NCBI GenBank assembly: GCA_020536535.1
Contig: JAHLWZ010000809.1
Span: 62,001 to 126,000, forward strand
Direction: 5' to 3'
Length of the DNA stretch: 64,000 nucleotides
DNA from: Pelomyxa schiedti
Taxonomy: Eukaryota; Protista; Evosea
Shown here: positions 47,676 through 61,293 of the stretch, one piece after another
How the letters are laid out: each line of letters starts with the position of its first letter
How positions within the stretch are numbered: position 1 is the first letter of the stretch
Notes under the pieces: model-generated
What the model was told of the DNA's origin: nothing
What the model saw: the letters and a program-made list of their open reading frames with translations, nothing else
Databases searched by the model: none
Translations under genes and position numbers: made by a program

Positions 47676-50221
47676 TCAATGGCGCATAATTTCTGCAGTT
47701 GCGTCCTCCTTAGAAGCACAGAGATTTGGTGGAATACTGTGCAGGGTCAGAGTGGGTGCAAGTTTCGATTTCACAAAGGCTGTGGTTGCGTATCTGAGGA
47801 GGTTATTAGAAAAACTTTGTCGGAAGACTTATTTTTATTACGTTTTTATGATTTTGAGATGGGATACCTTGTGACTTTGAGGTAATGCTTCTCACATAGA
47901 AGCTGAACAAAGGCCGTGTATTGGTCCTCCAACGTGGGAGAAATGAAGAAGTTATCATAGTTGACAATGGCGAGGACCTTGTGATCAATTGGTGTCAGAA
48001 CAGTCAGAATGGCCTTTTGGAAATTGGCAAAATCCTCTGCGGTACTTTTTGTGGTTCAGGGAGTTCAGTGTTATTCATGTTGGAGAAGATGGTACACACT
48101 TTAGTGCCAGTTCGGCGAGGTTTACAAAGAATAGATTTTGAACTGGGTTATACTCAAACCTTGAACCCAGGGGGGTGGAGAACATCTTCTGCTTCAGTCC
48201 CATTGGAGAAGGAACAAAAATCCTTGGGTCCATTAATGCTGGCCCGCCTTCAGGGATAATTGGCACAAAATTCATAAGGGAAAGAATATCCCTATTAACG
48301 TCTATTCCAGGAGCAACCTAAGAATATACGTATTACCAAAAGTGCCTTGGAAACGCGTATTACCTCCATTAGCATAACTCCTTTTGGAGTTAATTTGAAA
48401 ACACAACGTTCTGTTATATAGAGGATTGGGCGGGTCCCCGCATATGGACCACTGAAAGTGATGTGATCAACTTGCTCTACAAATTTTTTCTCTGTTCCTT
48501 CCTGTAGAAGTTATTCTTGGAAGTGATCGCGAAGAATAACCTTGGTGATTGTAATCTGCCCATTATCAATGGCATAGGTTGCACCAGCAGTGAATGTGCC
48601 CATGAAAACTACTTTCTTTGCATTCTGGCTGATATTAATGAACCCTCCAGCACCGGCTATCCTGGTTCCAAACTTGCTAACATTGACATTGCCCTTAGCG
48701 TCAACCTGGGCCATTCCTAAGCAAGCCAAATCCAATCCTCCACCATCATAAAAATCAAATTGATATGGCTGATCGATTATGGCTTGACAGTTGATACCAG
48801 ACCCAAAATTAAGTCCTCCCTGCAGAAAACCACCAATGGCTCCTGGTTCTGCTGTCAATGTCAAAAATTCGAGAACTTTTTCTTCGTTGGCAACGGCAGA
48901 TACTCCCTCTGGCATTCCAATTCCAAGGTTAACCTGACCAGCCGTTATGAAATAAACGAGAAGTCCACATAGCTTACTATACTCTGAGCTGTCAGCTCAA
49001 AGGCAGCTCTTCGAGCTATAATCTTCCTTTCATTGAGTGCCATAGGAGCAACCGACTAGTGCAACGGTGACTTTTCACACAATATTAAAAGCCACTTTTA
49101 GGATAATACCTGAACTGGGACGCGCAACTCCCCACTCAAGGCGGGATTGTATTGTTCGGCAAATGTTTGCATGTGCAGCTCGGGTTTGGCGATAACCACA
49201 CAGTCTACGAAGATTCCAGGGATTTTAACCTGCTTGGGAGACAGAGTATTTCGATCACATATCCGTTCAACTTGGGCAATGACAATTCCCCCAGAGTTCT
49301 TAGCGGCCATTGCCAGGGATAACATTTCAAGTGTCAGTGCCTACAATGGTTCCCAAAAAGGACGGGATATGTTACGCGAGAAGAAAACATAAATAAATAG
49401 TACCTCTTTTTCCATTGTAACATTACCATCAAGATCGGCTGTTGTGCCTCTCACGATGGAAACATTGATTGGGAAGGGCTTGTAAGCGAGGTATTCTTTA
49501 CCATCAAAGTTGATCTATTGAAATTACACACAGAGAAATGAGACGTAGGAATTATGTACCAGCTCCACGATGTCTTCTGTTGTCACAGAGTTCAGTTTTC
49601 CGCCACCATTCCTTGGGTCTACAAATGTGCCCAGACCAACACTGGTAATAGTTCTTGGTTTATGCGCAGCAATATCACGGTACCTTTTGCTTGTTTACGG
49701 AGTGCATATTATTCAATACTCCTTACAAATGGGAAATGACTCCTTGAGGAAGGTTGTATGCTTGAACTTTATTTTCAATAGCCAGTTTCTGCAACTTTGG
49801 GACAAGACCCCAGTGGCCTCCAATTACACGGCGCACCAAACCTGGGTGTCCAAAGTGGTTAAGTCCCCTAACAGAACCATCACCCTAACATAACTTAGTC
49901 TACAGAGAAAATAACTTTTGTTTGTTGACAAATACCTGTCCAGCGGCATAAACAATGGTAATTCCCGCCGGGTGTTGTTCGGCCAAAAACTATGTATAAA
50001 AGCCGTTAATGCAAGAGAATAGGGGAGTGGTAGCTGGAAAAATTAGACAGAAAAATGGTGGTGAAGTCAAACATATTTTGTTCGCACACCCGCTCTTCGA
50101 TGGCAACAGCCACATTCTCAGCAAACCCGATTCCAACAAATCCACCAGTGGCTATGGTGTCCCCGTCATGAATAAGCCTCACTGCATCGGACACTGTCAC
50201 TACCTTGGATGGCTTATCCAT
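47676..50221 (-). CDS. Family I fused acyl-CoA:acetate/propionate CoA-transferase (YdiF/Pct type) with C-terminal extension
   Basis: [50 protein letters not shown], catalytic [33 protein letters not shown]. Confidence 0.94.
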
Positions 50222-50447
50222 TTTGTTCTGGTCAACAACCCCTTTGTGGGTTCTTTTGTTGTTTTTTTGTTTTTTTTCAAAAAAGACGAAAGTGCATGTT
50301 TTTTGTTTTTGCGTTTCCTAATCTTAAAGATGTACAACACAGTTCGTGCGTCGGGGAGTACTTGATCAGATCTCAATCAAGATCCCATCATCACAATGTG
50401 GTGTCCTTTCTTTCTTGTGCCGGGCGGCGTGCGTGCACCCCGGAATC

Positions 50448-50750
50448 TCACAGTGCGCCAGAGACCCACAATGCAATCAGCACGACCATTACGACGATGA
50501 AGAAGAACACGCCGGTGAATATCCAGCAGAGGGGGCTGGCGCAGTTGGGATTGAGGCCCATGCCACTGTGCTTGGGGATGCAGGGCTCCTTGGTGTGCGA
50601 GTCCCAGCACGGGCAGCCCGAGCTCGTGCGGTAGCCCGAGAGCGTCTGCCACGACTCCTCGTTGTTCCGCTCGGCGTCGCGCTCGCTGCGCTGCTGGTGG
50701 TACGCAGCCGTGGTCTCGCTCTGCGGCACCTTGTCGAACTGCGAGCTCAT
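50448..50750 (-). CDS. Small Cys-containing protein with C-terminal transmembrane helix
   Basis: Intronless 100-aa ORF after an A-rich leader; TM IFTGVFFFIVVMVVLIALWV. Confidence 0.6.
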   Translation of the reverse strand: MSSQFDKVPQSETTAAYHQQRSERDAERNNEESWQTLSGYRTSSGCPCWDSHTKEPCIPKHSGMGLNPNCASPLCWIFTGVFFFIVVMVVLIALWVSGAL

Positions 50751-50949
50751 TTTTTTTTGTTTGTTTGGTTGACTGGTGGGGTGGTTGGTGTATGAATATA
50801 CAGAGATTCAGATAGCGTTGTGTGCACAGGTGTTGATTGGCTGGGCAATTCGGTGGCGCGTTTTATGGTTTGATCTGCGGGGGTTGTTTCGGTTCGGGGG
50901 TCGCGACGCCGAACAATTTTTTTTGATTCTTCGGATTTTGTGAAACTTG

Positions 50950-51612
50950 ATGATGGCGGGACAGAGGCCAAGGCGGATGGTTTGGATTGTGGGATTTGCA
51001 TTGACATTGTTGTTGATATGTTGTGTGGTAGCGGAGAGGACCGACCCAAAATCGATCGAGGAATTCAGAGAGTATTTTCATTCGTTTGTTGTGGGTGCCA
51101 GTGGGAATTATTACTTTTTGGTTGAATTTCTTGTTGGTTTTCCTTTGCCTGTGTAACTGGTACTAACTCGTTATTTATTCACTCTTCTAGGCAACTTGGA
51201 ACAGGGCGTAACCTCAAAAACAGTGATGCTAGGTCGCTCTACAACTCACTGATAGCCAATTTGCCTTATCTGATTGATTCTGGAGAATTGGTTGAGCAGT
51301 GCTTTGATTCCAAGGAGGACGAGGAATTCACCACAGCACAGGCTGCCCATGGATATAGACATCAGGTTAGAATGTATGTCCGCGAGAGGGGACCACTTTG
51401 GGCCGAGTGGATGCTCAAATTCCGGGACTGGTGGCTGTATGGACACTCCTCAGGCCCCACTTTTGAGGAGACTCTGGAGAAATATGGGAGCTGTGAAGCC
51501 ATCATTGGTGCTGCTGAGAGGACCAATCCTTACTACAATAGCAAGGCCTCTGTTACTCATCCTATGTGATTGCTGATCACACAGGCTATGGGGAAAAACA
51601 ATTACAGATTAA
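50950..51612 (+). CDS. Secreted protein resembling bacterial toxin-tip domains
   Basis: Signal peptide, GT-AG intron about 51085-51190, exon 2 ARSLY...AHGYRHQVR...RD...YG..SGPTFEE.LEKYGS.EAII.AAERTN; stop is 51569, or 51612 if a GC-AG intron is used. Confidence 0.65.
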
Positions 51613-51808
51613 GATACTGGCACAGAGGCCACTACAATCAGGGTAGATTTATGTCATGGTGGCACACTTTGTAACAAATCATGTTCCAGATAGAACTTCA
51701 GAAAGGGCTTTCTTTGTAAAGTTTTTTTCAATTGAAATCAAATCGCGTGAGAAAACTTTAAAAGTTTTCTCACTTCGCGTTCGATCACAATTAAAAAAAC
51801 AACGGAAG

Positions 51809-53228
51809 ATGAAGGTGTATTTTTATTTATGTTGTCTTGTTGTTGGCCTCCATGCCTTACACTTCAGCAACTACACATTCAAAATTATGCAATTAACTGG
51901 TGCGTTTTTCCCGTATCTATCAACGATGGGATGAGAAACCTTAATCCGTGAAGACTTGCATTTCGCTCATGAAATTGATGACTTGTTGACTCTACCAATA
52001 ATGGAGGCTGTGTTGGGTTTGTCCCTGCTCTTTCTTTTTCAATCCCTTTTTGTCCAAAATAAAATGAAGAATGCACTTTCAGTAAGCTAATGTAGTGTCA
52101 GATGCTGAAATGCAGGAATCCCCTGTTGGCGTTGTAATAATGACAGGAGATATAATTAGTGGAAGTGAAATGAACAACTCCACAGAGGGCAAAAGGCACG
52201 CCCAAGAAGAATGGGAAAAAATGGCACAGCCTCTCATAGACCGGGGACTTGTCTGGGCCATAACGTCGTTTAGAAGCTCAGCAAATAGGAGTCTAACCCC
52301 TCTTTGTTTTATCTCTTTTAGATTCGGAAATCATGACGATATGGGTCCCTGTACAAGAGAAGAACTTATGACCATTGACCAATCACTTACTGGAAGTTTA
52401 TCCCAGTTCGGTCCATCAGGTATTACCTTGATTGAGGTTAACCTTTCTGATAAAAGCAATGTAGACTTACCTGGAGTTAGCAATTACTGGCTCCCTATTT
52501 ACTCTTCGGCGGAAGAGACAGAAATTGCAGCTATTCTTTATCTTATTGCTTCCTCTGATGGTGGCTGTGAAGATGTTCCCGATGGAGATGGCTGTGTTTC
52601 ATACAATCAGGCAAGTCATATATAAGAGACAGACCAGAAGGAGTCCTTTTGTAACCGTTCTTGGCCAGGTTGATTGGTATAAATCTATCTCACGGGAACA
52701 AACCGGCGCCGGCAAACCCAAGTTCTCATTGATGTTCTCACACATCCCACTTCCAGAATATGTGGATGTGTGGAACAACGAAACTTGCTATGGTACCAGA
52801 TATGAGGATGCCTGTTGCCCACATGTAAGTAATTCCCTCCCTCATTTCCCATTACCCTAATATCACAACTTACCTAATGTGAATACATTCCCCTCTTCCT
52901 TTTTCACACCACACAGCTCAACACTGGACTGTATGATGCAATGGTTGAAATGGGAGATGTCAGAGCCTTCTTGTGTGGTCATGATCACAGGAATGACTAC
53001 TGTGGAGCCTTTGCAGCTCACCCAGAAGTATCCCTTTGTTATGGTAGGAAATCCGGCTGGGGCTACTATGAGCCCTGGAGAATGTTGCATGGCTCCAGGG
53101 TGATTGAGCTCACCATGGACCCCCAGACACTGGATATCTCCTATTCTATGTGGATAAGAAACAAGGACGGTGAGAAAGAGGTCCAGGAGCTGCACTTTCC
53201 AGAGGGCTCAGACCAGACAGAGTGTTAA
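51809..53228 (+). CDS. Calcineurin-like metallophosphoesterase (Dcr2/PAP16-like)
   Basis: FKIMQLTDLHF, TGD, FGNHD, HIPLPEY, CGHDHRND, LCYGRKSG. Confidence 0.92.
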
Positions 53229-53507
53229 AAAAATGAGATAGCATTTTAAAAATACAGACCCGAGGTGCCTCCAATCAGCTTCATTCAATCTATTCGAAAC
53301 GGTGTTTATAAGATTCTTCAGGCGCGAACTGGGCTGCAACCATCGAAGCAAGGCACTTTTTTGCCACAACACCGTGCCCTGCTTCTACCGAGGAGGGGGG
53401 CTATTTGTCAAATTTTGTGGAAATTGTGCATAATTATAAAAGGAAGATTTCCTCTTTGTGCTTACAACATCCTTTTATTAGTTGAATAACTATTAAAACA
53501 AGTGGGG

Positions 53508-56227
53508 TCAGTTAATGTTGGTTCTATGTGAGGGTTCTAGGTCGATGGTGGCACCCAGTGCTGAGCTAAGGCTACGGAGGCTTGTGGTGCTCATCTTGGC
53601 CGCGTTGAGACTGTTGCCAATCCCACTGCTGGAGAAGAGTGGGTTGGGATTGGATGACGCGCTAGTGGCTGTGGTTGTTGTGGTTGTGGTTGTTGAAGAT
53701 GGTGAAAGCCCAACGGGGGATGGGACTTCACTCGGGGAAAAGGGGGAAGCTTCAAGTTCGGCCATAATATCAGGAATACTTGGCCGGTCTTCTGCACTTG
53801 GAGACAAGCACTTCATAATAAGGCTTGCTCTTGGAAGTGTTGGTGCAACTGGGAGCATTGCGCCCCTGTGTCCGACATTGGTTATCACTTGCATGAGCCC
53901 CAGATCCCCAAAAGGTGTTTCTCCGGTAAAGGTCTCCCACATAATTACCCCAAAGCCTGGTTTGGAGGTGAGCATAGCTAAGGAGGTTTGTTCTGCGTAC
54001 TGTAAATATCTGCTTTCTCTGAGTACAACTCACCACGTAACACTTCAGGAGCTGCGCAACGTCAGATGCAATACATGAAGAAAAAAAGGTACCAGCCCAC
54101 TGTGGTGTCCCAACCATAGTCATTAGAGAGCTACTTGGCCTTATTTCCCGTGATACACCAAAGTCAGCTAACAGACCATTAACAAAGAATTACAAAATAA
54201 AAAAGGAAACCAATTTTTGCTTGGAGAGTAGACGTTACGAGAACCTTAAGGTTACTTAGAAAAAGAATGAAAAGGTGGGTATCACATTTGGGCTCTTTAG
54301 ATCTATTGTGAGTGAAAAACAGGAAGAAGAAAAGTAGAGCAAACCTCTGTGCATGACAGGGGGCGAAAGGCCGTGAAGGTATGATATTCCCCTGGCTTAG
54401 AAAGTGTCACTATTTACAAGCAATTTTGTTTAAAAGTGGGGTGACCTGTATCAGTAAGTAACATATCCCGTTGAATAACAGTAAGTTCAACTTTAGTATT
54501 TTCGTGGATAAGTGAGAATAGACTTCCTAGATCAATAAACTGGAGAGGTCACTATAAAAAAGGGTGAATATCGGACTACCTCTGTAATAATACAGTACTT
54601 GGAAGAATCATCAACGCTCACTCCCATAAGCAATACACTGAAAGAGGAATGAGAAAAAAGTTTATGGAGAAAAAAGTGTTACATATTTGGGTGTCGAAGT
54701 TGGCACAAAATTGATAATTCGTGCAATAAATCTTCATTTACTGCGTCTTGCCCAAACAAGCGTTTCACAGCAATAGCTGTGCCATTCCACTTGGCGTGGT
54801 ACACCTCTCAAAGGGAGAAGTTGGATATTGCTTGTATTTCAATTATAAATATACCTCCAAAAGATCCTGTGCCAACTTTGCTAATAAACCTAATCTGATC
54901 TATGTAAGTTTAAGTTCAACTCCTGTGACAACCTTGGCATAGTTTATAGCTGGCACATTATGTTGTTTGAGAAGTACTTCCAGAGCGTCTCGAGCATTTG
55001 TTGCCTCAGCAAGGAGAGGTTCGGAGGATTCTGCAGCTAATCCTTTTCCGAGGCAATATCTCGTATCACGTATGAAGGTTAGGTACATAATAGGTGAGAA
55101 GCCAAATATGTAGAGCCCCACCTGTGGTGAGGAGATGAGCTCTATTAGTGAAGTGTTGCAACACACTGCAATAATTCCAACACACGAGCCACAGCTTTGA
55201 TTTCCAAGCACAATTGCAGCGGCTATCAGGTTCAAAGTGTATGTTATAATCAAAAAAGTTCCCCAAATCTAGGTTCTGTAAAAAGACTTCACCTAGGAAA
55301 GTGAAATCACCTTTGTGGCTGGGCGGAATGAGTATGAAAGTTTAAGTCTCCTCAAAATGAGCCATTGTGCATCAACAACAGCAAAAATGAAAAACGGAAT
55401 GAAAATAAGCAACAGCCACTCAGCTCCACCACTGAAAAACAACATGCAGAAACTGCAGGGATTAACTCTCCAAGAGTCAGAATCGAGACTGGAAACGTCT
55501 GGCTGAGTTCCCAACATTGTGGTGTTGCATATCAAACGGACACTAAACGTCACTGCGGTACATGTCAAAGTCACTATCTTGCACTTTACACTTGTTGTAC
55601 TGGGTTGCATAAGCCAAAATAAAATCCTGCTCTTTGTTCACGAAATTTTTCTACAAGGGGAGAGTTACCATACATCCACAACACCTGTCTGACCAGCAGA
55701 TAACACAGCAATTATCCAAGATTTGGCATTGTCTTGTATTGGTATTGAAATTAGGAGAGCCTGGGACAAATCACTAATGAATGGCGGGAGAAGTCCATAC
55801 CTCAACAAAAAAATAGACACAACAACCAAATATCGCATAGTAATACACTGGGAGTAAAATAGTTCTAGGATAGGTTAAAAAAAAGTACAATGTGGGCCCC
55901 CGACTGTACCTTCGAGACACAATCGAGGAGTCTAGTTGTTTGCGGTAATGACAGATGGCAAGTGCGAGTGCAACGCACATTGATAAGAACAACTACACTT
56001 CATTAATAACCAAAAGTTAGTTGAAAGAGAAACTGCGTCAAGAGGCAAGGGCACAACCCCGCAAGTGATAAGAATTGCAGAAAGGTACAGCTTCCCACCG
56101 CTCCGTACGGTCACACTGCTGTAGATCAGATTATGGCATATTGCGCACGCGTAGTCCGTCTCGTTGTTTCCCTCAGACACCACCGGTGTTGATTCGTACA
56201 CCACTCCAAACCCCTCTTGCTGCAACA
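53508..56227 (-). CDS. Multi-TM tyrosine-kinase-like kinase (Dictyostelium 7TMK1-like architecture); start uncertain
   Basis: Several N-terminal TM helices, then IAVK, RHPN, HRDLKSPN, ADFG, MVGTPQWAAPE, FGVIMWE. Confidence 0.85.
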
Positions 56228-56392
56228 TCGGCAGTTCCAGATGGCGTTTATTTGTCAAGAATAAACGAAAATCACCGTTTTTTCACTGCATCTATGAGCA
56301 GGCAAAATACTCATGTCACACAAAGATCTAAAAACAAGTATGTACTTTTATTTATGGTACTGTTCTGTTTTTGTTGTTTTCCACATGATACT

Positions 56393-58327
56393 CTACTGGA
56401 GAAGAATCTGTAGTATGACCAGTTTGTGCAAAGATTTATTAGAAAAGAATAGGTTGTTGTGAGCACTACCAAAAATTCCTTTATGTCCAGTTTTCCATCC
56501 CCGTTTTTATCGGCAATGGATATAAGTGATTCTGCTTCTTCAGGAGTAAGGGGTTCTCCTTGGCTGTTTGTTTTTGTTGTTGGTAATATGAAATAACACA
56601 GTGAGGCATATGACCTTATTAAAGCTTGGCGGAGTTCATTTGCGGAAATGACCCCATCGCCACTAGTATCAAATAGCCTAAAGGCCTCGAGGAGAGTGGT
56701 GGCAGGATCACTGGCAGGCTTAAGAGCCAGTGCTAGGGCAAAGAATTCATCAAATGAGAGCTTACCGTTTTTGTCTGTATCCAAATCTGGGTTTTGTAAA
56801 CAAAAACGCAAGAATTCAAAGCGTGGTTACCTCCCACAGCTTCTTTTATCTCCCGCATGGATGGGTTCAAGCCATAGCGACGAAGTAGCACGGCGACTTC
56901 GTTGGCTTCAATAGTGCCATTATGATTTAAATCACATTCTGTGAATAATGCATGTGCACGGAAAAGCTGGTCTGTGGTTATTGCAGCTGCTCTTCCGCAC
57001 TTTGTACAGTTATTGCTTCCCCCTGTTTTTTATTTTACAACGTGAGTTCAACTAAAAGCGTAGGTAATAAGTAATACAACCTTCAAAATGACAGGAAGCC
57101 CCAGAGGCGCACTTGAGGAGTGCTTTCCTCTTTGCGGAAAGAAAGACAGATGCAGCTGGTTTTTGGGATGAATTTTTTCTGCCACTGGTTTCTGCTGCAG
57201 CACTTGCTTTTGCTGAGGTTTTTTTGGCAGAAGATTTATTTGCAGTACCAGTAGGGCTAGCACCTGCAGCAGAATGTAGCTGTGCTGAGTAGGAATGAGG
57301 GAGTGTGATCGGTGGGACAACTGGTGCTGTATGGGATTTGGCATCCCCGTCAGCTTTTGTGTCAGAGGCCGCTTCTGATTTCTTTGATGCAGAATCAGTG
57401 GTTGTCTCCACAGCTAGTTTCGATTCCTTTGGTTTCGGTGATGCAGGGTGTGTGGCACTGGCAGTATCCGGTTTGCTTGCAGTGTCAGTTGAATTAATGC
57501 TACTTGACAAAGGCTTAGGAGAGCCCGCTTTGGATGGAGTTTGTGGCTTTCTATTCGGTGAAGATGGAGTGCCTGGTTTGGAATTGCTTCCCTTTTTTTG
57601 CGAAGCGCGAGAACCAGGGCGAGTGGGACTATCTACAAAATGGTACTCATCAACCTTAGCAGCAGTCATTGTACTAGTAGTTGTTGTGGAAGTTGTGGTA
57701 GTTGTTGTAGTTGTAGTGTTACTATTATTAGCATTAGGCGTGGCTGGCTTTGTGGGCTTTCCGCCGTCACCCATAAGTTCCTCGACGCTGGCGTCGATCT
57801 TGATTCCTTTATTTGGCGACGTGCTGCTGGACAGGGGCGGCGGCGTGGATGACGCCGAGGGAGCCGGGGAAGTAGCGGTCGAAGCCGGATTATGGGACGA
57901 CGCGGACGTGGGCTTGGTGCTCGACGACGGGGTGTCTGGTTTGTTACTGGTTTTTGGCGTGCCTGGCTTGTTGTTGTTGTTGGACTTGGGTGTGGATACC
58001 TTGTTCCCAGGAGTTGATGGTTTGTTAGGTGGCTGTTGTTGTTGAGGTGGTGCAGTTGTGGATGTTGGCGTAGATGTGGTTGTGGATGGGGATGGGGCTG
58101 GGGCTGGGGCAGCAGAATCTGCTGCTTTGGGTTTGTTGTTTGCTGGTTCAGCTTGTGGTTTAGAGGACTTCAGGTTGGTTGGAGCCTCAGTTTTGTTCGT
58201 GATGTCCTATTCATGTTCAAAAAAAATACCAAACCAAAAAAAGTTGGTTGGTTTGGTTGCTACGAGTGCTTGTTGTTTCAGCTATTGTTTTTTTTTTTTT
58301 TTTGGTTTATACTTTTGTTGTGTCCAT
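56393..58327 (-). CDS. Calmodulin-like 4-EF-hand protein with long low-complexity N-terminus
   Basis: EF loops DLNHNGTIE, DTDKNGKLS, DTSGDGVIS, DKNGDGKLD; N-terminal P/S/T/K-rich region. Confidence 0.85.
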
Positions 58328-58442
58328 CCCGACGTTGGGCAGCACTGAGGAGGGGTGTCGAAAAAATAATTTTCGATGAGATTCAAAGTTAGGCGAAAAA
58401 CTACTGGTACTTTTCTCCTTGTACAAACAAAGTAATAAGGAA

Positions 58443-59958
58443 TCATTGGAAGGCCATTATGACGAGGAGGAAATACAATAGCACCATGCTCTGGTGCTGT
58501 TGTCCAGGGCAACCGTTTGCACTGACATAGGCGGAACCGGGCAGAATAGGTAGGTTGCATATCACATCGTCGCGGGCCATTGGGCCCCAACCAACCTGAA
58601 GCGCTGTCCAAGGACAAACGCACGGGTGTGTCCAGTCGACTCCCATAACACACTTGTGTGCGGGCATACAGCGGTGACAGTTCAAATTGTTTGTGCAGTA
58701 ATACGGAGGCTCGTCAATGCACCAGCTTCGCTTGCATTCGCATTCACAATCACCGTATTCATCACAGGCCTGTGCTAGGAATGAATCTCTACTTGTGAAG
58801 GTAAAGTTGGTACCTGAAAAACGTGCAACGTTTCATGCATCACGAGAGTATAACCCTCCCAGTGGGAACAATCACTTGTCTGAATCCGTACAATAAACGC
58901 GTTTACACCACCGGTGCTGATTCCACAAGGATTAAGGTATGACGACTTCAAGCGTGTCAGAATGGCAAAGGAGATGAAAGAGTCGTCTATTGCAACGCCA
59001 GCCCTTTTCCAGCTTGCTGAAACCTGTTCTTGATACTCACGTAGTGCAGATATCCCCATATTGGCAAAAATTTCCTGGAAGTAGGGAATAAGGGGGAAAG
59101 AACTTAGGAGGGTTTCTACCGTGGAATAGTTACGTAGTAGGGCTGTACCCACAGATGGCAGAGAAACCCTCGCACGCTTATCCCAATGGGGAACCAGATC
59201 AATAACGAAAGACACATTTGCGCAATAGGCCGCGTTTGCCATATACGATAAAGAGATCAAGCCAAGCAACCAAGAATTTCGGCTCTGTATTTCATCTTCC
59301 TCATTCCAGTCGCTGGGGTAAGTATCCACTTCGACCAAAGTGGACGAGACAACGCCACGAAGAGGCCGGGTTGTGTAGCTGTCAGTGATATTGGGATATT
59401 TGGAGTCTCCCTCAGTACCGCTCTTAGATAAATAAGGGATGTACATAGAGCTGTTAAATGCAATTGAACTTTGGACATCATCGGTCTTAATAAAGTGAGT
59501 GGTAGACTTCAAGGAGCGGCTCACCTTTATGAAGTTGAAGAATTTGATAATTTCCAAACTTGTGAGGTCCCCTTGCACCCAGTCTCCCGTTTCCACTTCC
59601 CCATCACAAAATATCTGTGTCCTTCAGTGTTAAGCAGGTCAAAGAAGAAAAAAAAAAAAAGAAAGAAAAAGTTTTGGTTGATTTCTGCAATAACCTGAAA
59701 ATCATATGCAGGCAAGTGGGGCGCAGACAGCCACCCAAGAGCGGCAAATCTCCCAGAGACTGCCAGAGTCACTCCGTCAATCCCCCAGAAAGGCGTTTTG
59801 CTCGTCGAAACGCCGTCTGCTACCGACGTAGAGGAATCAAGAAACAAACACAGGGATCTTATCACCGCGTACTTGTTCACGCAGGCCGCAACAACGCCCT
59901 CGTTGCACAACAACAAAGCAAAGATGGCTACCCACAAACTACGACCAGTGCTACACAT
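58443..59958 (-). CDS. Secreted or GPI-anchored zinc metalloprotease with Cys-rich C-terminus
   Basis: Signal peptide; spliced HETLHVFQACDEY (HExxH...D); EGF-like Cys region; hydrophobic C-terminal tail. Confidence 0.7.
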
Positions 59959-61171
59959 CTATGTAGATCTCAACAATCTCCATTTCGCTTGGTTTGTTGG
60001 TTGGCCCACAACACCCCGTTCCCAGACCAATTTGTTTTCATTTTTTAAAAAAGAAAAAATTGACAGTTCAATCTGCAATCACCGTCTTCAGTATCCTCAG
60101 GGTTGTGAGAGGAATGGGATCCATTCCACCTCCTCAAATGTAAGCCAATGCTTGAGCAAGAGGAAGCCCAAAATCATGCAGAATGGGCCCATCTGGGCAT
60201 TTAATAAAATTTTCTTTGAGGAGGTTGCGTTTCAAGTGGTATCTGCTAGGGTAATTGCTGTTGCATGGTGTATTTGTGTGAATACTGGATTAATGGTTGG
60301 TTATAACCAGTGTCTAATTGTAGTAATCTTTGATTCTCGTGCCGGAATTGTTCAGTTCGGTGGAACATACTAGTATCTTGGTGGGACAATGGCCTTTTTG
60401 TATTTTGGCCTGAGTTAATAAGCCTGTTGGTTCCAGGTCCAAGAAGCTGCTTGTAAGCAAGAGCTTTTATGCATGTGTTTTGATTCTTGCAGTTTCTTGC
60501 ACAGGATATGCTGGAACCCCTGCAGCACTCCACTGCATGTTGCCATGCAGGGAAACATACTTCACAATAGAACTGGTTCACAGTGCAACTTTACTTTTCT
60601 CATGGTCATGTAAAGTATCTTGTTGATTTCCTGGATAGAGTCACATAGTTAAATTACATTTCACAAAACCAAACAGTGTCAAGTGTGCTAGGTAGAAAAG
60701 AAGATTGACTATCCAAGTATAAAGCACCTGAAAAGTTATGACCTTCTTTATAAAAGATGTCCCTAACACATTTGTTTACAGATATCTGTTTCATGTGAAG
60801 AAAGCTCTTTCTTGGTTGTACAATCATCAAGGAAGTCAGTGGTGCTAGTACCACCGAAACCGGAGAATGTGGTGGTAGCTTGACGTCGAAGGAGGGTGAT
60901 AAAGCTTTATACCCCTCCTTAGACAGCGAGCCATGACCACGTACTCCAGCATCAGTGGTACTAGTACCGAGGAAGTACCGATGCTCGATGATTGTGCATA
61001 CTCTGGCGTCATGTGGACTGTCTTGAACTTCAGCACTGAATCTGTTACCCCACCATCTCACTCTTCCTGTGATGAGCGTTAGTCAGGATAAGTAAGTGTT
61101 ACTCGGCACCGGTGGTCCTGAATCTTGGCGTGCCGGGTTGTAAAAAAAAATTGAAAAGAGGCATCTTTGGT

Positions 61172-61293
61172 TGTTGTGACGCACCGTCGTGCGGATTTGC
61201 GAGCGGCAGTACGGTGATTAGTTGGGGGTTGTCGTTTGAATGCAACACGCTGTTGTGACGACGTAGTGCGGATTTGCGAGTTGTAGTACGGTG
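61172..61293. repeat. Two-copy imperfect direct repeat of about 45 bp (61172-61216, 61251-61293)
   Basis: TGTTGTGACG...GTGCGGATTTGCGAG...AGTACGGTG in both copies. Confidence 0.85.

Noticed and set aside
61185-61215. Histone H3-like TAARKSA peptide on the minus strand
   Set aside because: Short match with no supported gene model
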